NCBI GenBank assembly: GCA_002633005.1
Contig: NMRA01000331.1
Span: forward strand, 134,542-198,541
Length of the DNA: 64,000 nucleotides
Reading direction: 5' to 3'
From: Phoronis australis
Lineage: Eukaryota; Animalia; Phoronida
This document shows positions 1 through 11,725 of this stretch, piece by piece (position 1 is the stretch's first letter; every line of letters starts with the position of its first letter). The position numbers were made by a program, and so were the translations under genes. The notes beneath the pieces are model-generated. The model saw only the letters and a program-made list of their open reading frames with translations, had not been told where the DNA came from and did not search any database.

Positions 1-480
1 TATATCGGATCCAATGATTTGCTCGTCTTGGAACCATTCTACCCAGATATCTTCGATGTTTGTTCCCAACGCTTGCACTTCGTCAACTGCTGTGTCAATG
101 AGCTTGTAAGCCTCTACAATGTCAGCATCTCGTTTCGCAGCTCAGTTGACACTAAGACCCTTGAGAATGCCAAGTCTATTCAAAAGACTTACATGCGCAA
201 CTAAATTTGATCCGTTCATCATGGACTACTTCAAACCTTGACGAAGCATCCCAGGACCTATTTGCATCTCCTGCAATTTTCGAAATAAACGTCCCGATGT
301 CTGAACGTTTGAAACCCGAAGTACTAATATCAAATAAATGCCCATGGGCATGAGCGTTTCATCGGGTGAGCCTTTCTGCGGAAATTCCCAGTATAGAAGA
401 CGGCAGTGTGCTTATTGCAGGTAGACAGACGGTACAGTAGGTGTTGAGGTCGGAACTAGGGCTCCTTAGGAGGCCTATTG

Positions 481-1300
481 AACATCGCACGAGTCCCGGA
501 AGACTTTGTCGTGAAAGAACAGCCTCCCCGCAATTTCTGCTCCTGTACACTTTTCGCAAATGCGGTCACTTTCTCAATGTGAGTGCCCCCTTGGTCATTC
601 CTTGTATAGACATAACTTGCTATAGAGTGTGTCTTCAAACGGACTCGCGACCAGACCACGGCGCCCGCCACAATATCAATTCTTCGGAAAAAGATTTTTT
701 TTTTAAATATTACATGTACATGTGCACAATATTACATGTACATGTACACTGTATGATATTGCGCAAGACAACTTTACTATACATCAGTTACAAACGTGTG
801 GAGTGTAATAGAATAACACGGCATGACAGATGAGGTAAAAACGTTGCACGTCAATTCGCGTGAATATCAGGGTTGCGGCACCGCAGTATTTCCCCTAATC
901 AAATCAAAATATATCTTTGAGTACAGAAGCTAGTTACCTAAAGAAATCGGCTATAGAACTGCTCTTTCAGCGGTGAATCCATCTTAAATGCTTGGCTACT
1001 TCAAAAGTGTCGACGGAAGCGCGCGCACAATAAATCCCCGCGCGTTTTGCCGATGAGCCACAAAGACTCAGCAATTCATAATGCAAAAAACTATATTTTC
1101 AGAGTGAAACCCACCGCCCCGCCCCCCCCCCTCAATTTTTTCCAAGTTGGTTTACTTGGGGTTTACACACGCTGGCGGTGCCGTTTTTGTTTTGCTGGAG
1201 ACGCTTTTGTTTTTTTGTTTTTTTGTTTTTTTTTAATTTTTGGGTTCTGGCCCGAGGGGGGGGTTTAAACCCCCTGAACCCCCCCGTAGATCCGTCACTG
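481..1300 (+). mobile_element. hAT-like non-autonomous DNA transposon, right part with intact terminus (copy 1; may extend left past position 1)
   Basis: 481-1257 is highly similar to 38156-38909. It ends in GTAGATCCGTCACTG (1286-1300), the reverse complement (1 mismatch) of CAGTGGCGGATCTAC that starts the copy at 37284. Confidence 0.75.
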
Positions 1301-1600
1301 AGTACACATTGGTGAGCACATATTGGCCACGGGACATTGCCTCTCTTGCCTCCGCCAAGATCATTGGCAAGGAGCAGAACTGGCACGCGCACGTAAAATC
1401 AAGGGATCTATCAAAACCAGGATCCAGCGTCCCCTTTTGAATTGGAACTGTGGTGTTCAATTATCTCCCCTCTACAGTGAAATCCTTATCAAGCGTAAGG
1501 TGGGAAATACTCCAGATACCCCTGTCATCAGCAAAGTTCTTGTCGAGCAGGCCGAAACGTCTGCTACCATCCGTCAAGTTTAGTCTCTCAGTAAAGTGAT
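1301..1600 (+). pseudogene. Penelope-like retroelement 3' relic (GIY-YIG endonuclease C-terminus plus decayed terminal repeat)
   Basis: Across frameshifts it reads HIGEHILATGH...SAKIIGKEQNWHA/RKIKGSIKTRIQRPLLNWNCGVQLSPLYSEIL, matching the pattern of Penelope GIY-YIG C-termini. It is followed by CAGGCCGAAACGTC, the 3' half of a Penelope-type hammerhead. Confidence 0.65.
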
Positions 1601-2288
1601 TTCCCAATACTTACTTTGATCGAATTTTTAACAACATTCAGTTGGTGAGATGCGTGTGACTTTGTGCCGAGCCTATCCCAGAGTATTTTTCAGTCAGTGG
1701 CATGTACTGAACCACATAGAATTGTTTTTTGTGGAACCTCGTATGTTTGAGCTTGCTCACATTTTATGGGGCTTCTGGTGGATCCTTTCTAAGAGGTAGT
1801 TTTTCAATCATGGGACATTCTGTGCTCACTGTGGCACAATTGTTCATCATTTTGGCCGGTATCTCGAGTATCTACTGTGGTTCACGTTTCCTACAACATT
1901 CATTGGGTCAGACTCATTTGGTGGTTGGTCCCAGCCCAGGTTTATTACGAAACATATGATGCTCACTAAGAAAGCATTGTTATTTATGCCTGGGTGTAGC
2001 CGATTATGTCTGTATAGGCCATTTTAAAGGCGAAGGCAACCTTTTTCCATGTCATTTTGAGCTAAAATAAGGTTGGTTGGTTATCCTAGACATATTTTCC
2101 ACTTAATTACAGCTTTTCGTAATTTTATTAATTACTCGTCCGCTACTGCGGAAGTGACGTTTTAGGAGGCAAGCATTTCGCGCCAATTTCTTTTCATGTA
2201 GTCTGACGGTAAGAGCTGCCGAGTCATTGTTCTACCTCGGTTGTGTTAAGTTCCGTCGTCGTTTGCTTTCATTTACTAGTCTGTCAAC

Positions 2289-2780
2289 ATGCCACACTGT
2301 TGCTGCGTACCGGAATGTACTAGTTATCGGCTCACGCGCGCTTTGGGAGTACCTTTGCATCGCTTTCCGATGGATGACACACTTCGCCGTACTTGGCTCG
2401 TTCATGTGAAGAACGCAGCGTTACCCGTCCACGCAACGTACAAAGCAGTGGAGAATAACCGTGTGTGTGGCAAGCACTTTCTGCCCTCCGGTTACGAAAG
2501 GGATTTGTACGCTGAACTGATGAAGGTCCCTGCGAAACAACGCCTGAAGAAGGATGCCATTCCGTCTGTGTTGATTCCCGGCAGTGCCCCGTCGCCACCC
2601 CCGAGAAGTGCGTTTTTGAGGCGAGAAGCTTTGCGAGCTGTGGCCAGTACAGTGACTGGAGCCAGTGGAGGCACTTCATCTACTGTCACCCGTGCCTCCG
2701 AACGTACCCCAGAGCGTGCAATTCCGGGAACCAGTAGTGATTCGCCCTGTGCTGTTTTCTCCAGCCCAGAGCCTCTATAA
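2289..2780 (+). CDS. THAP zinc-finger protein (N-terminal part of a Kolobok-type transposase), 163 aa
   Basis: ATG-initiated ORF with the full C2CH THAP signature: CCVPEC...LHRFP...W...VCGKHF...LKKDAIPSV, followed by a low-complexity S/T/P-rich tail. Confidence 0.85.
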   Translation: MPHCCCVPECTSYRLTRALGVPLHRFPMDDTLRRTWLVHVKNAALPVHATYKAVENNRVCGKHFLPSGYERDLYAELMKVPAKQRLKKDAIPSVLIPGSAPSPPPRSAFLRREALRAVASTVTGASGGTSSTVTRASERTPERAIPGTSSDSPCAVFSSPEPL

Positions 2781-2990
2781 GCAGCCCTTCAGCGGTATTG
2801 AGTATTGGGAGTACGTGATTACAGGACCAGTTCGACACCCAGTGGAGAGGACAGTTTGTCGTTCAGTGAACAGATCAGTGAGCCAAACTTTGATAAGTTT
2901 ATTGTGGTCTTGTCTATTTAGAAGGTGCCAGGTGTATGGCGAAGGAGTCACACGACACGATGTAAGCAGTTTGGGTGCTCAGGTCACCAT

Positions 2991-3392
2991 CTAGCGGGAG
3001 TGTGTCGCGGGAGACTCTGGCAACTGAGTGCGGGACAGTTGTTCCTCTGTCCGTGGTATGCCGGAGGTCCACTTAACCATGTCCAGTAGTGGCTTGGCCT
3101 CGTCGAACTCCGAATAGCACAAGCATTCCATTGAGGTAGGCATAACAACGCACACAGTGCATTTGCACCAAGATGTTTCACCACGTCTGTCCTCAGTAGT
3201 CGCCTCGTTTCTCTCAACAGCTGCCTTTGCCTGTGCGTACTCTGCCTCGTTACACTCGGGCTCAAACATGTACCCACCCACTGAATGTCCGTGAAAAAAA
3301 TCCTCGTCACCACTGCTGTGAACAAGGTCTCCGTCGCTCACACTACTGTCACTGTGACGGGTCACCGACTCCAGCCATTTACAGCTTACCAC
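2991..3392 (-). pseudogene. KolX-like / P2X7 ballast-like Cys-rich protein, truncated
   Basis: Acidic N-terminus, GYMFEP motif, then WCKCTVCVVMPTSMECLCYSE, matching the WCxCxxCxxMxTxxExxCCxE motif with one C>Y change. No in-frame ATG before YMFEP; the C-terminal part is decayed. Minus-strand AATAAA lies at 2903-2898. Confidence 0.7.
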
Positions 3393-4314
3393 ACACTAAA
3401 CATTCCCTAAATCCAACGTAGTTGAGTTCTCTACTAACCTATCTTGCCGCAGAATACTCGCCGATGGAAAGTGGTGGCGACAATTGTTGAAAAACAGCAC
3501 AAAACAAAAGTAGAATAGAACAGATTCGCGCGGTAAAGTCAACGCGAAACCAAGTGGCGGGAAACGCTTGCCTCCTAAAACGTCATTTCCGCAGTAGCGG
3601 ACGAGTAATTAATAAAATTACGAAAAGCTGTAATTAAGTGGAAAATATGTCTAGGATAACCAACCAACCTTATTTTAGCTCAAAATGACATGGGAAAAGG
3701 TTGCCTTCGCCTTTAATTACCAGTACTTTTGTGATACATCTAATGTTTGAGTTAGCTCAATATTTTGGGGTGTCGTTTTTGATATTCTGGAAAGCCTCTT
3801 CAACGTGCAATTCGTCTGTCGAGGATCATTCCGTGTTCAGTGTGACACGATTATAGATTGTAAAAAATATATCTAATCTAGCACAATTTTGGTGCCCTTG
3901 TAAAATCCCGAGGAGCCACACTCAGAGCGCAGATATCGTCAAACATCCATTTCTGTACAAACTGGGGTGCACTAAAAATGCTATTGTGGTCAGTTGTTGG
4001 TACCTAGGTGGCGTAGGCTGCTGGTCTACAGGTTTTGACAGGCAATTATGAGATTCCAGTAAGGTTAAAGCTACGTATTTCTTCAGCACGCAAGTGGCAC
4101 GCGCGATCTAAATGTATAACTTGAGTGTATTCAAGCAATAGGTGGAGTCGTTTTTAAAACCCACTATAAACCTATTGACAGGTCCCACATTGACGATATC
4201 AGTGATTAATAGTTTTACATGGAGAATGAAATTAATTAAAAGTAATACTTGTGGAGCTATATCGGGACCTTTAATCATTTGTTCACATGTTATGACTTAA
4301 TAAATTTTAAAAAA

Positions 4315-5367
4315 TCCCACCATCATAAAAGATTTAATAGCCTTTAGTATACCAAGAAATATGCCACAAATTTAAAATATTTTTTCTGTTAGCGGTGTTG
4401 TACGTTATGGGTGGAAGACCGTCTCCGCCGTTGTTGTTTTTACCAGTGCGATACCGAGAAGTTTGTGAGGAAAGTCCGCAGAGAGCCTTTTGCAGACATG
4501 AAAAGATGTTTTTGTGGGGGCAGTAATAACAGCAACTTGACTGAGAACGTCTCTGTGTTCAAATTTCTTAAAGACGTGGAAGTTTCACAGAAATGACATC
4601 GGTTTGAGCGCCTCACGAGAGTGTGGAATGTCAATGTGGAACATGAGATTCAGTCGAGAGCCATTCTTTGTTCGGCACATTTCAGGGAATCGTTTTTCTA
4701 CTAAACTCAAAAGCGGCGTTTCGATGAAGAACTCACCAGCTTGTCAGTGTATGCAAATTTTATAAATAACGAACAAACTATCTGCATTCTATGGCTAGTT
4801 ACGCCAGGCCGTCGACCCCGCGCGGTTCAGTTCGAGTGCTACGAAAGGTAGGCTTATGCATTGGGTTCAGACCGTGTTCATTCCATCATGGCAATTATAG
4901 TGAATATGAGTGACCCAAGTGGCCTCTGTCAGTGATTATTAAGAGTCTATTTTGAATATTGACCACATCTTGGTTCAGTTGATTGTGGCTCACAATTGTC
5001 TGCATCATTTCTCGTGCAAGTGGATCGAGTTGATACGGCCTCAAAGCCGACGAAAGTTCGCTAAGTGGGAAATCGAAATCATTGCCTGATCCTTCAGGTA
5101 CTTGAGTGTGAGGCCCTTATAGACTCTAGTCTTTGTTTACATAATAATTGTCCATTTCTCACTCAAAATCGTCCTCGAGTTCTGATCTGCCGTGTTCTGC
5201 CATTGCAACTGATTGTTAAGTGACCAAACCTCTTCCACTCATAACATCATTTGGCGGAAAACTTGGAAATGGCGAATTTTTCAAAATTTAAAAAAATTGC
5301 AAATATTTGGCATAAAAAGTGTTTAACTGCAACCTCAAAAACTAAGAAAATACATGGTGGGAACTAT
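4315..5367 (+). mobile_element. Kolobok-like ~1.1-kb non-autonomous family, copy A (degraded ends)
   Basis: Colinear with 27127-28216. Decayed THAP frame MKRCFCGGSNNSNLTENVSVFKF; right end CATGGTGGGAACT. Confidence 0.8.
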
Positions 5368-7014
5368 TGTAGAGCAATTCCAAAAAGTGCATTTAAACCT
5401 TTCTTCGAATAGCCCCAAATGTCGTTTCGTTTTGTGGTTCTGGTATAAATATGTGACGAATCACTGTAAATACATGCATGTTAATCAGCTCTAGATCGCC
5501 ATCTATTGTCTGATTGAAAAGCGCTTTTACTCAGAACGGTCCTCACGACCGTGCTTTGCGACGTGTTGTACAATAATATCTATCTTTTGCACAATATTGA
5601 TCGCGAAGCCTCAACGCTATTTTGAATATAGTTTGTGTTTCAGACGGACTTACTGAATCAGACACACTTCATTAGCTTGAGAACTAGTACTTTGTATTTT
5701 ATCGTGCAGTGCACTTTACTCCATGGGTGAAAATGATGCATTGCTTTAAAGATGCATAGTTTCATTAACTTATGAATATGCAAAAGAAGTGCTAGATTAC
5801 AAACAACCCCGGGTCCTCCAGTGTGCAGGAAACCATCCGAGAACCTGTTACCATTATAATCTCGTGAAAGTCTCGTTTTGCGAGAGTATATGTAAATGGG
5901 TATGGTAATAGTTCATCGTTATCCCAATAACACAAGGCACATTTTTTATTATTTGTTTATTTTTCTAACAAATAACGGTTGCGTAATATTTGGAATTACT
6001 CGGGTTTTTTATATGCTCACGTTGCTTTAGAGTTCTCCAGGAAGTCACTAGGTAGCGCTTGCTACCAATTTGAATATTCACCGTTTTAATGAGACATTTC
6101 ATCCTTAAAGTTTGTGTTAAAATGTGCAGCGTTATCAGGTGAAATAATGAATGAAGCAGAACTGTAGCTTGAATATCAAGTCAATAGCGGCGTATCAGAA
6201 GTGTTTATTTTACCTAATCCGATTTACTAAGGGAAAGGATGCACATTCGAACATGTTTTTGGTCTTGGACTTCAGAGAAATGATCTTTTACATGATGCGT
6301 AAATCACAACATTTCTGAATACTCACAGAACTATTTCTCCCCACGTTGAGGAGCCGCTTGGCTCCTACTCCCATAGATTAAAAAATAATGAATTTATGCT
6401 CCCACAGATGAATGGGAATTCATGACTGTCCGATTCCAGCAGTGTTGTTGAAATCTATGCATCAAGTACTCAACCTGGATGGCGGAGAACGTTCATCATC
6501 TCTTTTTCATTTTAAGACAACTTTGGTAAAAATAAATAAGGCTTACATTAAATATTTAGATGGAAGTGACACATTGTGTGTATTTTGAAATCGTCGACCT
6601 AGTCAACTGTGTTCTCTTGGAATCGGTGTCGCCCGTATTCTCGCCGATCTCTCCGAAATTATGAAATTTGAAAACAACATGGAAGCACAGATCATACGAG
6701 TAGTCTACCATAACTGCCGCAATACGCGTTTTGTGTTGTTCACGTTATTGATTTCGTGGTATAACCCTGTCCTATACTGATTACGTCGAATACCGAAATT
6801 TGTCAACAACCGTTGAAACACATTCTAAAGCAAAAGTTCATTGTTCAAACTAGTCTCGATTTCGAGCCAGTAAGAGCCTGGTTAGTTTAGAAAAGAACTT
6901 ATCAACCGAGTACACCATACATCCCAATGTCTAATATCAGATTCTTCTCCCGAATTGGTCCTCGGGACCGGAGTCGGTTTTGGTCCTCAGTTTGGGCACC
7001 GTGTGTGGATGTGT

Positions 7015-7155
7015 AAGGGACAAAATCGATTTTTCAACCGATAGTCATTTTGGGACAATTGTTTGATGGGATAGACTTCTTGAAATTATCAGCTTTGACT
7101 AGAGCTATAAAACAACAAAATCCTTTGGGTTTTTGAGATTTTATTACAAGTCGTT
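7015..7155 (+). mobile_element. Terminal fragment of the TTAA-AGGGAC MITE family seen at 45213
   Basis: TAAGGGACAAAATC...GACTTCTTGAAAT...AGCTTTG resembles the TIR at 45213-45330. Confidence 0.5.
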
Positions 7156-7463
7156 AATTCTCGCCGTTGGGTGTGAGTCATTCGGTGAAATTGAGGCCAG
7201 TGTCGTGATCAGTTAAATTACTTTGCTATTTATCGAACGTCAGACTGCAACTCGCCCTGATGCGAGTTCGAATCTCGTCAATAGTGGTTATTGTAAGGAA
7301 TGCGGTCCTGTGGTTTGCGGGTTTCGTGTTTGGTGGTCAAAGACAGGGATTTAGAGGACCGTAGCTGAAATTTGAAGTAGGCAGCCATGGAATCGTTCAC
7401 ACAAACAATGTAGAATACCATTTAAATTTGATCAAGGGCACACCCGTACGCACACGCGCATAG

Positions 7464-7464
<1 letters not shown>

Positions 7465-7547
<83 letters not shown>

Positions 7548-7566
7548 ACACTCACACACACACACA
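7465..7566. repeat. (CA)n microsatellite, ~50 units
   Basis: Seen directly; slightly interrupted at the 3' end. Confidence 0.99.
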
Positions 7567-9832
7567 ATAAAACAACCACCTAATTTATTTTCGAATGTTA
7601 GATTTGACCTCAGACGGAAAACGCAAACATTTTTAAGATCACTTGCTTCTTTAAAATACTAGAAGACATGAATTCAAAACTAAACATATGTGTGGTTTAA
7701 AAGCACTAAATATGTAAATAACGACCATTTCTTAACTGAATCTGAACCATTTTTGAAATATTTACATGTGATTTGCTGACATTTTGAAAGAAAGAAATAA
7801 ATATACTAAAAATGACCTCAAAACATAATTCAATGACCCTTGTCACAATTTGAAAATAATCAAAATTCTGATGATAATCGAAGAATCCGAGATTACTCAA
7901 GCATTTATCGCTATCGTGATGACATAGTCACGTGACCTCTTGAATGTGCAAAAATTGACACTATGTGGCACCAACCGAGATCTATTAGGACGGACTATAA
8001 ACACTCATAATTATGGGCGGTGCACTACAAGGGAGCGGAAGACTAAAGCACCCCTACTTTTTTCAGTGCTGTGCCGCCCATGAGAATATAAGCATCAACG
8101 TTGCATCTCACCAACTGTACATCATCAAGACACAAAAGTACTTGTAATTACCAACTTCTCTAAATTCTAGCTTGTGCTAAGACGTGCATGAAAGAACTTC
8201 ATCAATAACACAGTTTTATCCAGAACACAAAGAACTCTCAACGGATTTTAAATCCGCTGGTTGCCTTAGGTTTGTCTTGTTAACAATGCACCACTGTCAA
8301 ATAAACTTGATTTGATGTTTGAAATCTATCGATTTTCCCAATTAACAACAACCAATTTCTGAACTAAAGACGGACAAGGATAATTGTAAATGATGTTAAT
8401 AATGCGTACTTAATGCATCGAATGATATCATTGTGGCGGCTGTTGGCGATTTTAATTCTGACAGACATTGATCACTCGAAAGGGGTCGCTAGCACGATAC
8501 AGTAATACAAAAGATAGATGCTTGGTCAGGCTATACAAACTGCATGTAAGAGTAAGGTTTGATTGCATGTTCAACAATGAACAGTGACTTAGGTGGCATG
8601 CTAAAACCTTAAAACATTAGTTTGGTCGAGTATACTGTCTTGCAAAACTATGTTCCATGAAAGATATTTTTTCTTAACGAGATGACATTTAGTGCATAGA
8701 TCAATGCATACAATGATATACTGAGCAATAACTACAGACCTACACAGAATATTATATCCCGATTGCAAGGTGTTCCATGCAAATTGGAACCCCAGTGTAA
8801 AAGAGATATTCCGCAGTCGAAAACAGACTCCATTACCCTCAAACCAGCTAACCAGCCAGAAAAACACGAACCCTGGCCTTACTTTTAAAACAGGAACCCG
8901 AGGATCGAAAGACCATTCCCGCAGTTGCTCTCAAACATTGTTTAGGTCAAGAAAATAGTACCTTAGTAATTTTAAAGTGTTTTGTGTTCATACGACATGA
9001 TTTCACATTTTGTTGAAAAAAATAAATCTTCCTACTTTACTAAATGTTGTGATATTTTGTTTTAATGTTTGAGAATTTTAGACAATTTATGACCGATCTC
9101 CAGCGGAAAAAGTGTTCATTCTTAAGAACCTGTTTTACTCGCAGACGTGAACAGTGTACCCGACAGAGTGAACAATAAAAAATGGCATTGGCTAGGATGG
9201 TGAACGTCACAACGGTCACAGAATCCATAAGGATGATCCGCCATAAAGAGTGTGAATGCGTCGAGTTCATAAATTCCGATTCCAAATTCCGTTTTAATGA
9301 TCGATGAGGAGTTGAAGTACACTTTTTTAGAGCAAGAATAGTGACATTGGTGACGGTGTAGGTCTATTGAGTGAATAATTCTCGCGGTCCATTTCAAAAT
9401 CCGGAAATTGATTGTGCTATAAATAATGTACCCTCGACAAAGTAAATCGACGAACCCTAAAATGCGGCCAATTTTAATGATATTAAAGCAATTAATCAAC
9501 AATGGCACCCGAAAGTCGAAACAATATTTTTGTTTTTCATTTTTAAAAATGTTTTGGAGAAACTATTGAATAATCTGAAATTAATTAAATATTCACCGAG
9601 ATAAGTTTATCAGTCATTTTTTTCTAAAGATAAGAGCAGCTAATAAACAGTATTAAAGAAGATTGACCCTAGCCAGTCAATGAACAGTATTTTATAAAAG
9701 AGTTTACATATTTTATGTAAGATACATGTACACTGACGTCGATGGTTACATTGATACATCACAAATCAAACACTATGTGTCGCTAATGGTGCTGTAGCTG
9801 CTTATTATTTACAGGCGCTTCATACTGTGCAG

Positions 9833-11478
9833 TGAAGCGTCAAACGGTTCATAAACGAGTACTTTTCTGTGCGTTGAAATGCGCTTTATCAACGCGTTGT
9901 TTTACTTAATCAACGCGTCCAATTAGTTATTCATCGCTCTGAATTAGTTTTTAGCGATCATCGTTCTGCTGTTATTCAACGCACGCTACTGCTTAGTCAA
10001 CGCGTACTTTTAGTAAGTTCATGTAGTCCAATCACGCCCTTGCTTTCAAATCTCAAAATGGCTGAAGACTTTCTACTTGGGCGCAAGGCAACTTTTGAAA
10101 ATGTTGCAGATTTTTATCAAGTGACCACGCAAATGGTGGCGCCCTTAAAGTGTTCCCACCATGTTTTTTCTTTGTTTTTTTAGGTTTCAGTTAGCTAATA
10201 TGAAATGAACACCATATAATCTAACTAAATAATCACTTTTCATGCCAAATAGTCGAGATTTTTTTTTTGAATTAAAATCAATTATTTCTAAGTTTCTCGA
10301 AAAATGATGTAATGGGTGGAAGACGTTTGGTCACTTGACAATCAATTCAATGGCGTAACACAGCAGATCAGAAGACGAGGACGATTTTGAGCGACAACTG
10401 GACAATTGTTATGCAGACAGAGAGGAGAGAGGATATAGGCATCACACTCAAGTACTTGAAGAATCAGACACTGATTTCGATTTCGTCGGCTTCAGTTGGA
10501 GGCCGTATGAACTACACCCACTTGCACGAAAAACGCAGCATACATATGTGAGCCACAACCAACTGAACCAAGGGGTGGTCAATATTCACAAAATAGACAC
10601 TAAATAATCAATGACAATGGTCAGAGTAAACTTGGGTCATTCGTATTCACTATTGTCATGATGGAATGAGCCCGGTCTAAACTCAATGCATAAGCCTAAG
10701 TGTCGTAGCACTCGATCTGGCAGGGGTCGAAGGCTTGTCATCACTCGCCCTAGAACGGAAGCAGTTTGTTCGTTATTTATAAAATTTGCAAATACACTTA
10801 CAAAGTGGCAAGTTCTTCAACGTCACGCCGTTGTTGTGTTTGGTCGAAACACGATTCCTTGAAATTGTGGCTCCCGAGCGAATCGCATGAACCACACTGA
10901 CATTCCATACTTTCGTGCTGCGCACAAACCGATGGCATTTCTTTCATGTATTTAGGAAATTTGAACACAGAGATATTCTCAGTCAAGTTGTTGTTACTAC
11001 AGCCTACACAAACGTACCTTTTCATGTCTGAAAAATGCGGCCTTCCGCGGACTTTCCTTGCAACTTCTCAGTATCGCACTGGTAAAAACAGCAACGGCGG
11101 AGACGGTCTTCCACCCATTACGTACAACCCCGATAACAGAAAAATATGTTCTATTTTTTGGCTTTTCAACAACAGATATACTAAAAGGTATTGGATCCCT
11201 TAAGATGTATTATTACAATTCTTTCTGAGACACAGGGTCATGGTGGGAACTCTTTAACTTCGTACTGACTGTAAACTTGTCTTTGATCGGAAATAACGAA
11301 TAATTAATTCAGCGCGTTGATTAAGCAGTGCTACGCGCAAATGTGCTGGTTTAATAAGAGCAGAACGATAATAATTTAAAAACTAATTCCACACGTTGAT
11401 TAAGCAAAAATACGCGTTGATTAAGCACATTTCAACACTCAGAAAGGTACTCGTTTATAAGAACCCTTTGGCACTCCA
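9833..11478. mobile_element. MITE with TCAACGCGT subrepeats, split by Kolobok-like copy B
   Basis: Arms ~9833-10010 and ~11310-11478 are imperfect inverted repeats (TGAAGCGTCAAACGGTTC... / ...GAACCCTTTGGCACTCCA). A short relative lies at 45505-45767. Confidence 0.7.
10149..11253 (-). mobile_element. Kolobok-like ~1.1-kb non-autonomous family, copy B (both ends intact)
   Basis: TTAA at 10145-10148 and 11254-11257; 15-bp TIR AGTGTTCCCACCATG / CATGGTGGGAACTCT. Decayed THAP ORF at 10798-11025 (-). Confidence 0.9.
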
Positions 11479-11479
11479 T

Positions 11480-11725
11480 ACAGTGCAGCAGCAGTGTGTT
11501 TGATCGTACAGGGGTCCCATACAGTACAAGATCTTCAGAAGTGTCTAGGGCGATAGCATTATAAGCAAAGTTTGTGCGCTCCTGACTGCTTATACGTAGG
11601 TTTTATCTTACGAAACCAGTCTTATTCGTTTTGTCTTGGATACAGCTCAGTCGTGAGGTCCATTTGAAGTCACGTGAGATGGTAATGTCCACGCATTTGT
11701 CCTCCTTAACCGACTCCATACGCGT
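11480..11725 (-). pseudogene. CR1/L2-type LINE reverse transcriptase C-terminal relic
   Basis: Minus-strand conceptual translation VDITISRDFKW...KTNKTGFVR*NLRISS...AYNAI...CTVWDP matches the CR1 RT thumb-region pattern (GVTISSDLKW..KANRTLGFLRRNL..AY...VWDP). Confidence 0.7.

Larger units (their letters stand above)
2028..3712 (+). mobile_element. Kolobok-type DNA transposon, internally deleted (no DDE core), with long TIRs
   Basis: TTAA at 2024-2027 and 3713-3716; termini AGG...CCT. TIRs 2028-2185 and 3555-3712 (~158 bp, about 4 mismatches by eye). Contains THAP and Cys-rich ORFs in convergent orientation. Confidence 0.9.

Noticed and set aside
1650-4100. Possible very old minus-strand LINE relic flanking the Kolobok-type element (IPAKMMNNCA, TRG..VLD-like fragments)
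   Set aside because: The motifs are too degraded to support without a profile search.
7397-7579. Cys/Val-rich ORF
   Set aside because: Translation of the (CA)n microsatellite.
9040-9508. Minus-strand ORFs of 128 and 81 aa as possible downstream receptor exons
   Set aside because: No recognisable ANF-receptor, kinase-homology or cyclase motifs.
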